Shown here one piece after another: positions 42,698 through 55,005 of a DNA stretch of 64,000 nucleotides (position 1 is its first letter; every line of letters starts with the position of its first letter). The notes below the pieces were generated by a model. That model was not told where the DNA came from. It searched no databases and worked only from the letters and a program-made list of their open reading frames with translations. A program made the translations under genes and the position numbers. The DNA comes from Gammaproteobacteria bacterium. Its GTDB lineage: Bacteria > Pseudomonadota > Gammaproteobacteria > Chromatiales > Chromatiaceae. The stretch is from NCBI GenBank assembly GCA_038146785.1, contig JAYQSI010000019.1:161370-225369 (forward strand), given 5' to 3'.

Positions 42698-44100
42698 TGC
42701 TTCCTGTTATTGCATTGGTCGGCCGCCCGAATGTGGGTAAGTCGACCCTGTTTAATCGTTTAACACGCTCACGAGATGCCTTGGTTGCTGACCAGCCGGG
42801 TATTACCCGTGACCGTAAGCATGGCGTGGGCAAGATTGGCGCGCATCCGTATGTCATCGTGGATACCGGTGGTATTAGTGGTCAAACCGACGGCATTGAT
42901 GTGCTGATGGAAAAGCAGGTGAAACACGCGATTGGTGAGGCGGATCATTTGATCTTCTTGCTAGATGGTCGCGATGGTATGACCGGTGCTGATGAAGCGA
43001 TCGCAGAAGAGCTACGTAAAACCGGTAAACCGATCACCGTTGCAGTGAATAAAAGTGAAGGCTTGGATAAAGCGGTCGCTGGCGCTGATTTTTATGCCTT
43101 AGGTTTAGGTGATCCGCATCTGATTGCTGCAGCGCATGGCGGCGGCGTAAAACATTTGATTAATACCGTTCTCGATACCTTTATCTGGCCAGATAAAAAG
43201 GATGAAGAAGAGGAAGTCGAGGAAGAAGATAAGGGTATTCAAATTGCACTTGTTGGCCGCCCGAACGTGGGTAAGTCGACCTTGGTGAATCGCTTACTTG
43301 GCGAAGACCGTGTGGTCGCGTTTGACCGCCCGGGTACAACGCGCGATTCGATTGCAATTCCTTTTGAGCAAAACGGTAAGCAATACACCTTGATTGATAC
43401 AGCGGGTGTTCGCCGTCGCGCGCGTATCGCTGAAGCAATTGAAAAGTTCAGTGTGATTAAAACGCTACAAGCGATGGAGCAGGCTAACGTTGTTATGCTG
43501 ATCCTTGATGCGCATCAGGGTATCAGTGAGCAAGACGCGACATTGGCTGGCCACGTGCTCGATAGTGGTCGCGCGCTCGTGGTGTGTATCAATAAATGGG
43601 ACGGCCTAGATAGTCACGAGCGTGAGCAGATTAAAAGCGAGATGCTGCGTCGTTTGCCTTTCTTAGCTTTTGCGGAATGGCGTTTTATATCTGCTTTGCA
43701 TGGCAGTGGTGTAGGGCATTTGATGGAAGCGGTTGATCAGGCCTATAACGCTGCGATGATTGACATGAAAACTCCAGAGCTCACTCGTATTCTTGAAGAG
43801 GCTGTTCAAGAGCATCAACCGCCAATGGCACGCGGTCGTCGTATCAAGCTGCGTTATGCTCACCAAGGCGGTAAGAATCCGCCAATCATTGTGATTCACG
43901 GCAATCTAACTGATGCTGTGCCACCAACATATCAACGTTACTTAATGAATCGTTTCCGTGAATGTTTTGATTTACACGGCACACCATTACGTATCGAATT
44001 TAAAGGTGGCGAGAATCCTTTTGAAGGCAGAAAAAACACACTGACAAAACGTCAGGTGGATAAGCGTCGCCGCATGATGAAGCACGTCAAGAAGCGTTAA
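42694..44100 (+). CDS. der: Ribosome-associated GTPase Der (EngA), two G domains + KH-like
   Basis: [19 protein letters not shown] and [18 protein letters not shown]. Confidence 0.95.
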   Translation: MMLPVIALVGRPNVGKSTLFNRLTRSRDALVADQPGITRDRKHGVGKIGAHPYVIVDTGGISGQTDGIDVLMEKQVKHAIGEADHLIFLLDGRDGMTGADEAIAEELRKTGKPITVAVNKSEGLDKAVAGADFYALGLGDPHLIAAAHGGGVKHLINTVLDTFIWPDKKDEEEEVEEEDKGIQIALVGRPNVGKSTLVNRLLGEDRVVAFDRPGTTRDSIAIPFEQNGKQYTLIDTAGVRRRARIAEAIEKFSVIKTLQAMEQANVVMLILDAHQGISEQDATLAGHVLDSGRALVVCINKWDGLDSHEREQIKSEMLRRLPFLAFAEWRFISALHGSGVGHLMEAVDQAYNAAMIDMKTPELTRILEEAVQEHQPPMARGRRIKLRYAHQGGKNPPIIVIHGNLTDAVPPTYQRYLMNRFRECFDLHGTPLRIEFKGGENPFEGRKNTLTKRQVDKRRRMMKHVKKR

Positions 44101-45443
44101 TCAGTCTTCTTGCTTGTCTTGGTGACTGTCGCGCTTAGCGTGCCTTCTGATAAGCGAACATCAATCGAATCACCCGATACGACATCACTGCTTTTAGTGA
44201 TCACTTTGTTTTTGGCCGTACTAACGATGCTGTAACCACGCTCAAGTGTGGCTAATGGGCTAATCGCATGCAGCTCACGGGAATGAGCGCTTAATTTCTC
44301 ACGACGTGCCTTGAGTGCTGATTCGGTAGATCGCGTTAGGCGACTTTGCATAGATGAAAGTCGTTCTTTGAATCGCTCGATAATCGCAGAAGGTCGCTGC
44401 TGTTGCAGTCGTATAGTTAAGTTGGCCGCTGCTGTTTGTTGCTTCAATAAAGCCCTAGAGACTGAGCGTTGAAGTCGCACTTGGATTTCATCCAGACGTT
44501 GTTGCTGTTGTTGAGTGCGCGTACGTGGGTGTTGGCGCTCTAAGCGTTGCTCTAGTTGTTGTAGCTGTTTTTGTTTAGCCGCTAAGCTTTGTTGCGTGCG
44601 AAGGGTTAATTGCGCATTCAATTGATTTAAGCGCTGGCTGACTTGGGTCTGATCAGGTGAGATCAGTTCAGCCGCAGCAGATGGTGTCGGTGCTCGACGA
44701 TCAGCGACAAAATCGGCAATGGTGAAGTCGATTTCATGTCCTACTGCGGAGACGATAGGAATGCTAGCAGCGGCGATATCGCGTGCTAATTGCTCATCGT
44801 TAAATGCCCAGAGATCTTCGATGCTACCGCCGCCACGGGTTAAGACAATCACGTCATCTTGTTGACGCTTAAGCGCATTGCTCAAGGCTTGGCGGATATC
44901 GGCAGGTGCCTCAGCGCCTTGTACCAAACATGGATAGATAGTGACTGTCGCGGTTGGGTGTCGGCGTGACAGGATGTTCAACATGTCTCGAATCGCAGCG
45001 CCACTCGATGAGGTGACGATGCCGATATTCATCGGATGAGCTGGCAGCTCTTTTTTCAGTGAGGTCTCAAAAAGGCCTTCTTTCTGAAGTTTGAGCTTGA
45101 GTGCTTCAAAGGCTTGTTGCAGAGCGCCTTCGCCAGCGGGTTCCATGGACTCAATGATGAGTTGGCAATCACCGCGCGGCTCATAAAGCGCCACTTTGGC
45201 CCGCGCAATCACTGAGTCACCATCTTTGGGCTTAAAACGCAGCAGGTTGGCTTTGCCTTTAAAGAGGGCGCAGCGAATTTGGGCGTGGGAATCTTTTAGG
45301 CTGAAGTAAAGATGACCGGAACGGGGAATGCTGAGATTCGAGATCTCGCCCTGCACCCAAAGCAGGGGAAAGCTGCCTTCCAAAACATGACGCAGCTCGC
45401 TGTTGAGTCGGCTGATGCTAAAGATGTCACGATTTTCGGTCAT
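44097..45443 (-). CDS. xseA: Exodeoxyribonuclease VII large subunit
   Basis: [29 protein letters not shown]...[16 protein letters not shown]. Divergent to guaBA as in E. coli. Confidence 0.9.
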   Translation of the reverse strand: MTENRDIFSISRLNSELRHVLEGSFPLLWVQGEISNLSIPRSGHLYFSLKDSHAQIRCALFKGKANLLRFKPKDGDSVIARAKVALYEPRGDCQLIIESMEPAGEGALQQAFEALKLKLQKEGLFETSLKKELPAHPMNIGIVTSSSGAAIRDMLNILSRRHPTATVTIYPCLVQGAEAPADIRQALSNALKRQQDDVIVLTRGGGSIEDLWAFNDEQLARDIAAASIPIVSAVGHEIDFTIADFVADRRAPTPSAAAELISPDQTQVSQRLNQLNAQLTLRTQQSLAAKQKQLQQLEQRLERQHPRTRTQQQQQRLDEIQVRLQRSVSRALLKQQTAAANLTIRLQQQRPSAIIERFKERLSSMQSRLTRSTESALKARREKLSAHSRELHAISPLATLERGYSIVSTAKNKVITKSSDVVSGDSIDVRLSEGTLSATVTKTSKKTD

Positions 45444-45445
45444 AC

Positions 45446-45472
45446 ATAAAAAAGCCGGGCTAAGCCCGGCTT
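45446..45472 (-). terminator. Rho-independent terminator of the lipoprotein gene
   Basis: Minus strand: AAGCCGGGC-TTA-GCCCGGCTT + T6. Confidence 0.7.
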
Positions 45473-45493
45473 CCGTGCTGAGTTATCAACAAA

Positions 45494-45838
45494 TTATTGA
45501 TAAATGTAGCTTGGGTTGCCAGCGCCAACTTGAGTTTTCGCTTGGCTCTGAGCAGTTTTAGCTTGGTAGTAAGCCGCGATAGCCTCGCTCTGAGCTGCAG
45601 CAAATTTGCCTTCAGCAACCAGTGCTTCTGCAGCTTTCAGTATTTTGCCGGTGTCACGCCATTCAAAACCGGCCTTTTTAGCTGCTTTGTTTTCAGCTGA
45701 AGCAGTTTCAATAGCAGCTACTGCTGAGCGCTTTTCTGGCTCTGGTGCTTGAGTGTAAGGCTCTTTTGCAGCGTTGCTTTGACAGCCAGTGAGGGTAAAA
45801 GTGGCGGCAATCGCGCCAGCGATCAGTACTTTTTTCAT
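45494..45838 (-). CDS. Small Ala/Lys-rich lipoprotein, unknown function
   Basis: MKKVLIAGAIAATFTLTGCQS lipobox. 114 aa. Confidence 0.6.
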   Translation of the reverse strand: MKKVLIAGAIAATFTLTGCQSNAAKEPYTQAPEPEKRSAVAAIETASAENKAAKKAGFEWRDTGKILKAAEALVAEGKFAAAQSEAIAAYYQAKTAQSQAKTQVGAGNPSYIYQ

Positions 45839-46000
45839 TGTTTTCTCCGTTCCTAGGGTGTCATGTCTTTATTTTGGCTTCGTGGGTGTCATGACTCACT
45901 CAGAAGCTTATTGTGAAATTATTTTAACCCACTTTGAGAGTATTTGTACTTTCAATTAGTTAGGTAATTTGGTTTACCTAAATGCAGCCAAATTCTATAA

Positions 46001-47506
<1,506 letters not shown>

Positions 47507-47593
47507 TTTAGGATCGACACAGATTAATGGCGCAGTTGTTGTAGTTCTACGACCTGCGCCTTTTTATTTATAGTTTTAAGTTAAGTTCACACC

Positions 47594-49171
47594 ATGACAA
47601 ATGATATTCATGCTCATCGCGTTCTGATCATCGATTTTGGATCGCAATACACTCAACTGATTGCGCGACGTGTGCGTGAGATCGGCGTGTATTGTGAGAT
47701 CTGGCCATACGATAACTGTGAAGAGCAGATCAAATTACAAAACCCGCGCGGCATCATCTTAAGTGGTGGTCCAGAAACGGTAACTGGTGAGAACACACCG
47801 CGTGCGCCACAAATCGTGTTTGATTTAGGTGTGCCAGTACTGGGTATTTGTTACGGCATGCAGACGATGGCGCAACAGCTCGGTGGTCGTGTTGAGAACT
47901 CAGATAAGCATGAGTATGGCTATGCCCAGGTGCGTGCTCATAACCACTCCAAGTTGCTAAAAGATATTGAAGATCACACAACTCCTGAAGGCTACGGCAT
48001 GTTGGATGTGTGGATGAGTCATGGCGACCGCGTCGCTGAGCTGCCTGAGAACTTTGTCAAAATTTGTAGCACCGATAACGCACCTTTAGCTGGCATGGCA
48101 GATGAAGCGCGTAACTACTACGGCATTCAGTTCCACCCAGAAGTTACCCATACCAAGCAGGGCGGTCGTATTCTTGAGCGTTTCGTGCGTGATATCTGTG
48201 GCTGTGATGCATTGTGGAATCCAAACAACATCATCAACGACAGCATTGCGCAAATGCAGGAGCAAGTTGGTGATGGCAAGGTTGTGTTGGGCTTGTCTGG
48301 TGGCGTTGATTCGTCAGTTGTCGCAGCATTGCTGCATAAAGCAATCGGTGATCGTCTGACCTGTATCTTTGTGGATAACGGTTTGTTGCGTCTTAATGAA
48401 GGCGATCAGGTGATGGCGACCTTTGCAGAACACATGGGTGTCAAAGTGATCCGTGTGAATGCAGAAGATCGTTTCTTATCAGCATTAGCTGGTGAAGCTG
48501 ACCCAGAAAAGAAACGTAAAATTATTGGTAACTTGTTCGTTGATATCTTTGAAGAAGAAGCGAATAAGCTCGAAGGTGTCGACTTCCTTGCTCAGGGCAC
48601 TATCTATCCTGACGTGATTGAGTCTGCAGGTGCAGCTTCAGGTAAAGCGCACGTGATTAAGTCTCACCATAACGTGGGTGGCCTGCCTGATTACATGAAG
48701 CTCAAGCTCGTTGAGCCATTGCGTGAATTGTTTAAAGACGAAGTGCGCAAGGTGGGTGTGGAGCTCGGTTTGCCAAGCGACATGATTTATCGTCATCCAT
48801 TCCCTGGTCCTGGCTTGGGTGTGCGTATCCTCGGTGAGGTAAAGAAAGAGTACGCAGATATTCTTCGCCAAGCGGATGCGATTTATATCGAAGAGCTGCG
48901 TAATGCGAATCTCTACGATGAAGTTAGCCAAGCCTTTACGGTTTTCTTGCCCGTGAAATCTGTTGGTGTCGTCGGTGATGCGCGTCGTTATGAATATGTC
49001 GTGACGTTACGTGCTGTTCGTACCATCGACTTTATGACCGCAAGCTTTGCGCATCTGCCATTTGAATTTTTAGAAGAAGTCTCACGCCGCATCATCAATG
49101 AAGTGCATGGCGTTTCTCGCGTGGCTTACGATATTTCGAGCAAGCCGCCAGCAACTATTGAGTGGGAATAA
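47594..49171 (+). CDS. guaA: GMP synthase (glutamine-hydrolysing)
   Basis: ...GICYGMQ...[11 protein letters not shown]...PPATIEWE. Confidence 0.95.
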   Translation: MTNDIHAHRVLIIDFGSQYTQLIARRVREIGVYCEIWPYDNCEEQIKLQNPRGIILSGGPETVTGENTPRAPQIVFDLGVPVLGICYGMQTMAQQLGGRVENSDKHEYGYAQVRAHNHSKLLKDIEDHTTPEGYGMLDVWMSHGDRVAELPENFVKICSTDNAPLAGMADEARNYYGIQFHPEVTHTKQGGRILERFVRDICGCDALWNPNNIINDSIAQMQEQVGDGKVVLGLSGGVDSSVVAALLHKAIGDRLTCIFVDNGLLRLNEGDQVMATFAEHMGVKVIRVNAEDRFLSALAGEADPEKKRKIIGNLFVDIFEEEANKLEGVDFLAQGTIYPDVIESAGAASGKAHVIKSHHNVGGLPDYMKLKLVEPLRELFKDEVRKVGVELGLPSDMIYRHPFPGPGLGVRILGEVKKEYADILRQADAIYIEELRNANLYDEVSQAFTVFLPVKSVGVVGDARRYEYVVTLRAVRTIDFMTASFAHLPFEFLEEVSRRIINEVHGVSRVAYDISSKPPATIEWE

Positions 49172-49252
49172 GGCTTTACCGTCTGAGACAAGGCTTCTAG
49201 TGAGTTTTGGGTTTTAAGGTTAATTTATTCATCTCTTATTAGAGGTGAATAA

Positions 49253-49504
49253 ATGACAGTACTTGCTAGTCACGATATCAGTCGCATCATTGAAATGGCT
49301 TGGGAAGACCGGACGCCGTTTGAGGCGATTCATGAAGACTATGGTCTTTCTGAAAAAGACGTCATTAAATTGATGCGATCAGAGATGAAGGCGAGCTCGT
49401 TTCGCATGTGGCGTGAGCGTGTCACTGCGAGAAAGACTAAGCATTTATCGAGACGAAACTTTACCGTCGGGCGTTTCCGTTGCTCGACGCAAAAGATGCG
49501 ATAA
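49253..49504 (+). CDS. Small conserved protein (TIGR03643/DUF2805-like, from memory)
   Basis: 83 aa. IIEMAWEDRTPFEAIHEDYGLSEKDVIKLMRSEMKASSFRMWRERV. Confidence 0.6.
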   Translation: MTVLASHDISRIIEMAWEDRTPFEAIHEDYGLSEKDVIKLMRSEMKASSFRMWRERVTARKTKHLSRRNFTVGRFRCSTQKMR

Positions 49505-49533
49505 AAAGGCCGCTTAGAGCGGCCTTTTTGTTT
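49503..49533. terminator. Bidirectional rho-independent terminator
   Basis: AGGCCGC-TTAGA-GCGGCCT with an A-run and a T-run. Confidence 0.7.
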
Positions 49534-49681
49534 ATGCGGCATGTGCTTTGAGCATGCCGAACAATTGATCCTTGAGGTTGAGCCGCGCTTTTTTACGCTC
49601 CTCAAGGTAATCGTCGCTGGTGTTTTCAGCGCCAGTTTCAATGCGAAAACTCGTGGTGAAGATCGTGTTTTTCGCCTTGCA
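49532..49681 (-). pseudogene. DUF465 (YdcH-like) gene remnant: frameshift plus apparent internal deletion
   Basis: Minus strand: AAGGAGC RBS, then ATG at 49681-49679 gives MQGEKHDLHHEFSH*. A second frame gives FRIETGAENTSDDYLEERKKARLNLKDQLFGMLKAHAA*. The total is only 50 codons, versus the 70-80 I expect for this family. Confidence 0.55.
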
Positions 49682-49699
49682 TGATATTGCTCCTTGTTA

Positions 49700-51394
49700 T
49701 GTTATGACGACTGTCACTCTATTTCGGCGAGAGATTTATAAGGAGTTTGGGGATAGACGATGTTGTTGGGGTAATTTCATGTCATGGATTTGCCGGTATT
49801 TGGGGGAACGCTATCGGTAGCTTTATTTGGCGACTCAAGTAATTGGATAAATAACACTGACAGAATTGAACAACTTTTTATACAAATTATAGGGGTTGTT
49901 GTTTGTTTTTTATGGTCCTTCGGGCTTACTTTATGTTTTAGCAAGTTTTTCAATAAAATTTTTCCTTTACGAGTATGTATGGAAGACGAATACAAAGGGT
50001 TAAAAATGTCTCAGAGCATGGAGCGTCAACGGAGATTTTAAATCTTTTTAGAAGACATGGAGAAAAAAAGTACGGGAGATTATTCTAATAAAGTATTCGT
50101 AGAACCTTTTTACGGAAATAGGCCAGATAGCTCAAAAGTATAACCAAGTAATAGAAAAAATAAAAAAACAGAAAAACAATTACAAATTAGCGCAATACAA
50201 TCTCGTTCAGTCATTGACACTGCTTTCGACGCTTTTATTTCTGCAGATTCGTCTGGTATAATCAAGAAATGGAATAAAAGAGCGGAAGAGATATTTGGTT
50301 GGTCTGAGGAGGAGGCTTTAGGCCGTGGGTTCCATAGCTTAATCGTCCCCTGAAAAGTATCGAGAGGATTGCAGATTGGGTATAGAAAGGGTTGTAAATT
50401 TAGTGGGGGTTACCAAAGCTAAGCAAAAGATGGAATTAATGGCTTTGCATAAAGACCATCGCGAGGTTCCCGTAGAAATTTCTATATCGCCTTTAGTAAG
50501 CGGGGAGAAGATTTTATTCAACGCTTTTATTTCGGATATTACGGAGCGTCGGAATTTGCAAATTCAACTAAATCATGTTCAAAAGCTAGAGTCGATAGGC
50601 CAACTGGCGGCTGGCATCGCGCACGAAATCAACACGCCGTTACAGTTTATAGGCGATAACATGCTTTATCCAGGATTCGATGGAAGAGTTGATCCCTTTA
50701 ATAAACGAATAACAAATATTGAACGGGAATCCTGAAAACGAAAAACTTTCTATGGTCCTTAAACAATTAGAAGAAAGATATGAAGAGAAGGACGTTGGTT
50801 TTTTACTACAGGAAATACCCGATGCGATAGAACAGTCTTTAGAAGGAATCGGTCGAGTAACCAAAATAGTAGGCGCCATGAAGGAATTTTCGCATCCGGG
50901 AATGAGCGAGAAAAAGTTGAACGACATAAACAAAGCGATAGAAACAACGATCAACGTATCGCGTAATGAATGGAAATACGTTGCGGAATTAGATACCGAC
51001 TTAGCCTCCGACCTTCCTCTCACTCCCTGTTATTTAAACGATATCAACCAGGTGATATTAAACTTAATTGTTAATGGGGCTCATTCAATAAAGGATAAAT
51101 TGAATGAGAGCGAAAACGATAAAGGAAAGATTGCGATCCGTTCAAGAATGAAGGAGGATAACGTAGAAATTAGAATCGCGGATACGGGAATGGGAATACC
51201 CGAAGAGATTCGACCGAAAATCTTTGATCCATTTTTCACAACCAAAGAGGTTGGGCGGGGGCACAGGACAGGGATTGTCTATCGCTCACACAATTGTCGT
51301 TAAAAAACATCAAGGAACAATCGATTTCGAAACCGAAGTGGGTAAGGGAACCATTTTTACTATTCGACTTCCAATTAACAAAGAAAATATCTAA
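49700..51394 (+). pseudogene. 5'-truncated, frameshifted Amt(ammonium transporter C-terminal third)-HAMP-like linker-PAS-HisKA-HATPase fusion (ammonium-sensor histidine kinase type)
   Basis: Frames around 49,700-50,030 read ...LYFGERFIRSLGIDDVVGVISCHGFAGIWG..., ...GGTLSVALFGDSS...QLFIQIIGVVVCFLWSFGLTLCFSKFFNKIFPLRVCMEDEYKGL, then (frame change) VSEHGASTEILNLF. Next come DMEKKSTGDYSNKVFVEPF..(I)AQKYNQVIEKIKK (HAMP-like). PAS: IDTAFDAFISADSSGIIKKWNKRAEEIFGWSEEEALGRG. H-box: LESIGQLAAGIAHEINTPLQFI. ATPase: [74 protein letters not shown]. At least 5 frame changes. Confidence 0.7.
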
Positions 51395-51616
51395 AAATGG
51401 TTATGTAAAAAATTAAAGTTGACTTTGGAAGGAAAGTTCTGAAAAAGCACTTTTCAAAGCTTAAAATTTGTTTTTGAAACTCGGTTTTTATTTAACGTTT
51501 TCTGGATTTAACGAATAAATTTTTAAAAAGAGAATTATTTATTTTTTTTGTAAAACTATTTAAATGATCAAATACTGCCGTTTTCTACCCAGTCGTTTTA
51601 TTTCTCTTAAATCGTT

Positions 51617-52733
51617 TAAGGCTCGTCAAGTTTTGTTGAATTTAAAATCAAAGAATTTTGCCAAATGAACGCGTTGTTAATGGCTGCGGGGAAATTTGTT
51701 TGATGATTTGGAGGAAAGTTCTGAAAAGCGACAGCTTCAACTATCGGATAGGGTAATCCCAATAGTCTTAAAATGTCCATTTCTCAGGCTATTTGGGTAT
51801 GGGGCGCTCCAAAAAGTTTCGATTTCGGTTTCATAATATTTTCATTCGCGCAGTTTGTTTCCCATGAAACTTTTTTAAACTTTTTCAGGAAAATTCAATA
51901 GACATATAAATTTACCGATTTCATGAAACAGACCAGCTGTGAAAGAAAATTTTGAATGTTATTATCCATTTTTTCTGTTTTTCGCCAGCGATAAGCATAA
52001 ATATCCTACTTTTGTAAGCTGTTTGCGTAAATTTTTTTTTACTATAGGCTCAATGGATTTTGACACATTTTGTTTGAGAAAACCTGATGCTGTAAAACCA
52101 ACGATTGAATAAAATCCAGTCCTAAAACTTGAAACGCCCCTACTGGCGTGGAAACTTTTGAGAAATTCCGAAAAAGCTGAATTTGCCACTTTAAGAATAT
52201 TAGCGGACATACTGATGTCTTTAGAAATGATATTTCCAATTGTTTCCAGCGTTGAATTCTCAGATTTTAACTCTTCCATTAAGTCATAATATAATTCTGG
52301 GAGGCTGGGTAATGAATCAATGTTTAACAAAGTTTCCTTTAATTTTTTATCTTGTAAGTGATCATTTAACGACAAACTGGAGTTTATGGATTTTTTCAAA
52401 AAATCAAAATCGCAGGGTTTGGATAAAAACTGGTGCATTGAACCAAACGCTCGAACAAAAGCTTTTCCTTCCGTCTGACCGGATAAAATAAAGCGTAACG
52501 TGTCTGGGTACAAATTTTTACTTGATTTAAAAACTCCGCTCCATCCATTCCTGGCATACGCATTTCGGAAACGACTAAGTCGAATTTCTTTTGCGTGAGT
52601 ATTTTAAGGCCTTTTTCGCCGCTATTTGCGAATTCGCATTCCCATTCCTGTCGTATGGAACGAACTGCTCGACGAATGGAAATTAGTATTGAAATATCGT
52701 CGTCAACAAAAAGAATGTTTAATTTTTTCCCAT
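51617..52733 (-). pseudogene. Response regulator REC-HDOD, frameshifted
   Basis: Minus strand from ATG 52733: MGK(K)LNILFVDDDISILISIRRAV...DLVVSEMRMPGMDGAEFL. ORF 51962..52513 has DSLPSLPELYYDLMEEL...IISKDISMSANILKVANSAF (HDOD). It continues as AGLFHEIGKFI...FGAPHTQI..LGLPYPIVEAVAFQN in other frames. The 3' end is approximate. Confidence 0.7.
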
Positions 52734-52780
52734 TTTTAATCGCGACAAAATCTATTTGAGTTTAATTTGGGGATCAGGTT

Positions 52781-54789
52781 TTATTTTGAGTTTGAAAAGA
52801 CATTTTGTGAAATGAGAGAAATGATTTGGTCAATAAGTTTGTCTGGGCTGTAAAGGCCTTTTGTGAATATTTTTTGAACTCTGTTATTTAACTGTAAGCG
52901 ATCTTGATTTGTTAGATACTTTGCGCTAAGAACTATAATTGGTATAGATTGCCAAGAGAAGTTTTCATCAATCTTGTTAAGTAACTCAAATCCATCCATT
53001 TCTGGCATCATTAAATCAAGAATAATTAAATCCGGTTGCTTTTCAGTGATTTTTTGGAAACCTATTTTCCCATTTTCCGCTTCGCGAACATTGAAATTAT
53101 TTTTCTAATATTGATCCAAGCAATTCTCTTTGTTGAGGGTCGTCGTCAATTATTAGAATTTCCGAGCAGTTTCTTTCGTCTAAATATTTTTTTAAAACTG
53201 AATTTAATTGGTTCCTATCTATTGGTTTTAAGAGATATTCCGCAGTTCCCAAAGAGTAGCCCTTATTTTTATCGTCAATCATAGACAAAATTATGACTGG
53301 AATTTTAGAAAGTTCCGAATCCTCTTTTAATTTTGTTAATACATTCCATCCATCCATTTCTGGCATTTGAATGTCTAAAACAATAACAGAAGGAGAAGTT
53401 CTTTAGCTCTTTTTATACCGTCTATACCATCATAAGACGCAAAGTACTGATAGCCTTTTTTACTAAGAGCCCACATCATCAAATCCTGAATAACTGGATC
53501 GTCGTCGATTACTAGTACTGAAGGATTTTCTAAAACATTTGGCAGCGAATCGATATATATAGGTAATTCAATATCGTCGGTTTGAGATAGTATTTTTTCT
53601 GAAATTGGAATTTTGATCGTGAACGCTGATCCTTTATCTATTTTGCTTTGAACGCTTATGTCTCCTCCCATCAATTGCGCAAACTTTTTGCTTATTGCCA
53701 ATCCCAGGCCCGTGCCGCCATATTTGCGAGTTGTGGAGGAGTCTGCTTGAGAAAAATTTTGGAATAACTTGCTCATTTGATCTAAAGTCATCCCTATTCC
53801 AGTATCGGTAATTTTGAAATAAACCCAATTTTCGCCTTGGGAACGTGCTTTAGTTACATCTAGAGAAATTTTACCTTCATGAGTAAATTTTGTCGCGTTA
53901 TTTAATAGGTTTAAAAGAATCTGTTTCAATTTAGTTACATCTGTTGAGAGTTCTTTTAAATCATTTGGCATATTGATCGTCAAGGAATTATGATTTTTAT
54001 CAAGGTTAGGTTGAACAATAGAGACCACTTCTTCAACTAAGTTCGATACATTGCAAGATTCGATAAATAGTTCCATTTTTCCGGCTTCAATCTTGGAGAT
54101 ATCTAGAATATCGTTTATGAGTTTTAATAAATGTTTTCCGGCGTCGTTGATTTTTTTCAAATCAGGAACAAAGTATTCTAGGCAATTGGTTTCAATGGCA
54201 ACATCTTCCAATATCTCGCTGTAACCAATAACGGCATTTAATGGCGTTCGAAGCTCGTGGCTCATCGTGGCAAGAAAAGCGCTTTTAGCATGATTTGCAG
54301 TCTCAGCTTTCTCTTGAGCTCGTTTTAGTTCGCTATTGGTAACCATTAATTCCCTAGTGCGTTCTTCAACTTTATTGGTTAACGTACTATTAAACTCTTT
54401 TATTTCATCCATATAGGATTTCAACCGAAGAGAGTTGTTTACTCTTGCGATCAGTTCCTCAAGGTTTATAGGTTTATTCAGTAAGTCGGTTGCTCCCAAA
54501 TCTAATGCCTTACGCTTAACATCCTTGTCGTCCAGACCAGTTAACATTACAATCGGGATATCGTTAGTTTCTTTTTACCTCTCAATTCTTTTAGTAATTC
54601 AAATCCGTCTTTTGAGGCATTTTTATGTCGGAAATTATCACGTCGAAATTTTTTTCGTTATTTGTTTTTATAGCGTCATCGACGTTTGAAACAAAGGCCA
54701 TTTCCCATTTTTGATTGTAATCTTAAAAGCCTTCTCAAGCTTGAAAGAATATGAGGCTCATCGTCTACGAATAGAATTTGGTTTTTCAT
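52781..54789 (-). pseudogene. Hybrid sensor kinase REC-coiled coil-HisKA-HATPase-REC-REC, frameshifted
   Basis: ATG 54789: MKNQILFVDDEPHILSSLRRLL... ORF 53375..54547 has [52 protein letters not shown] and VLVIDDDPVIQDL. ORFs 53097..53366 and 52781..53011 each have MPEMDG receiver cores. Confidence 0.8.
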
Positions 54790-55005
54790 GGCTTTTTTTA
54801 ATAATCAGTAAAATTACGATAACAATATTCTTTAAAAATGTAAAAAGCAAAAATGATACCATCGAAAATTAGAGCTAAAACTACTGTTATTTCAATATGT
54901 TTAATGCTTTGGAAATAGTTTTCCAGTTTCCCATTCACCAAATTTGGTGAATTCCCAAATGTTTTTATTATTTTCGGTGAATTTATTTTCGAATAAGTTG
55001 GAGGT

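Noticed and set aside
49339-49820. ORFs 49339..49641 (-) and 49620..49820 (+) spanning the terminator and junction
   Set aside because: The first runs antisense through the DUF2805-like gene and a terminator hairpin. The second is a mosaic of the antisense DUF465 start and out-of-frame Amt sequence. Neither has coherent homology.
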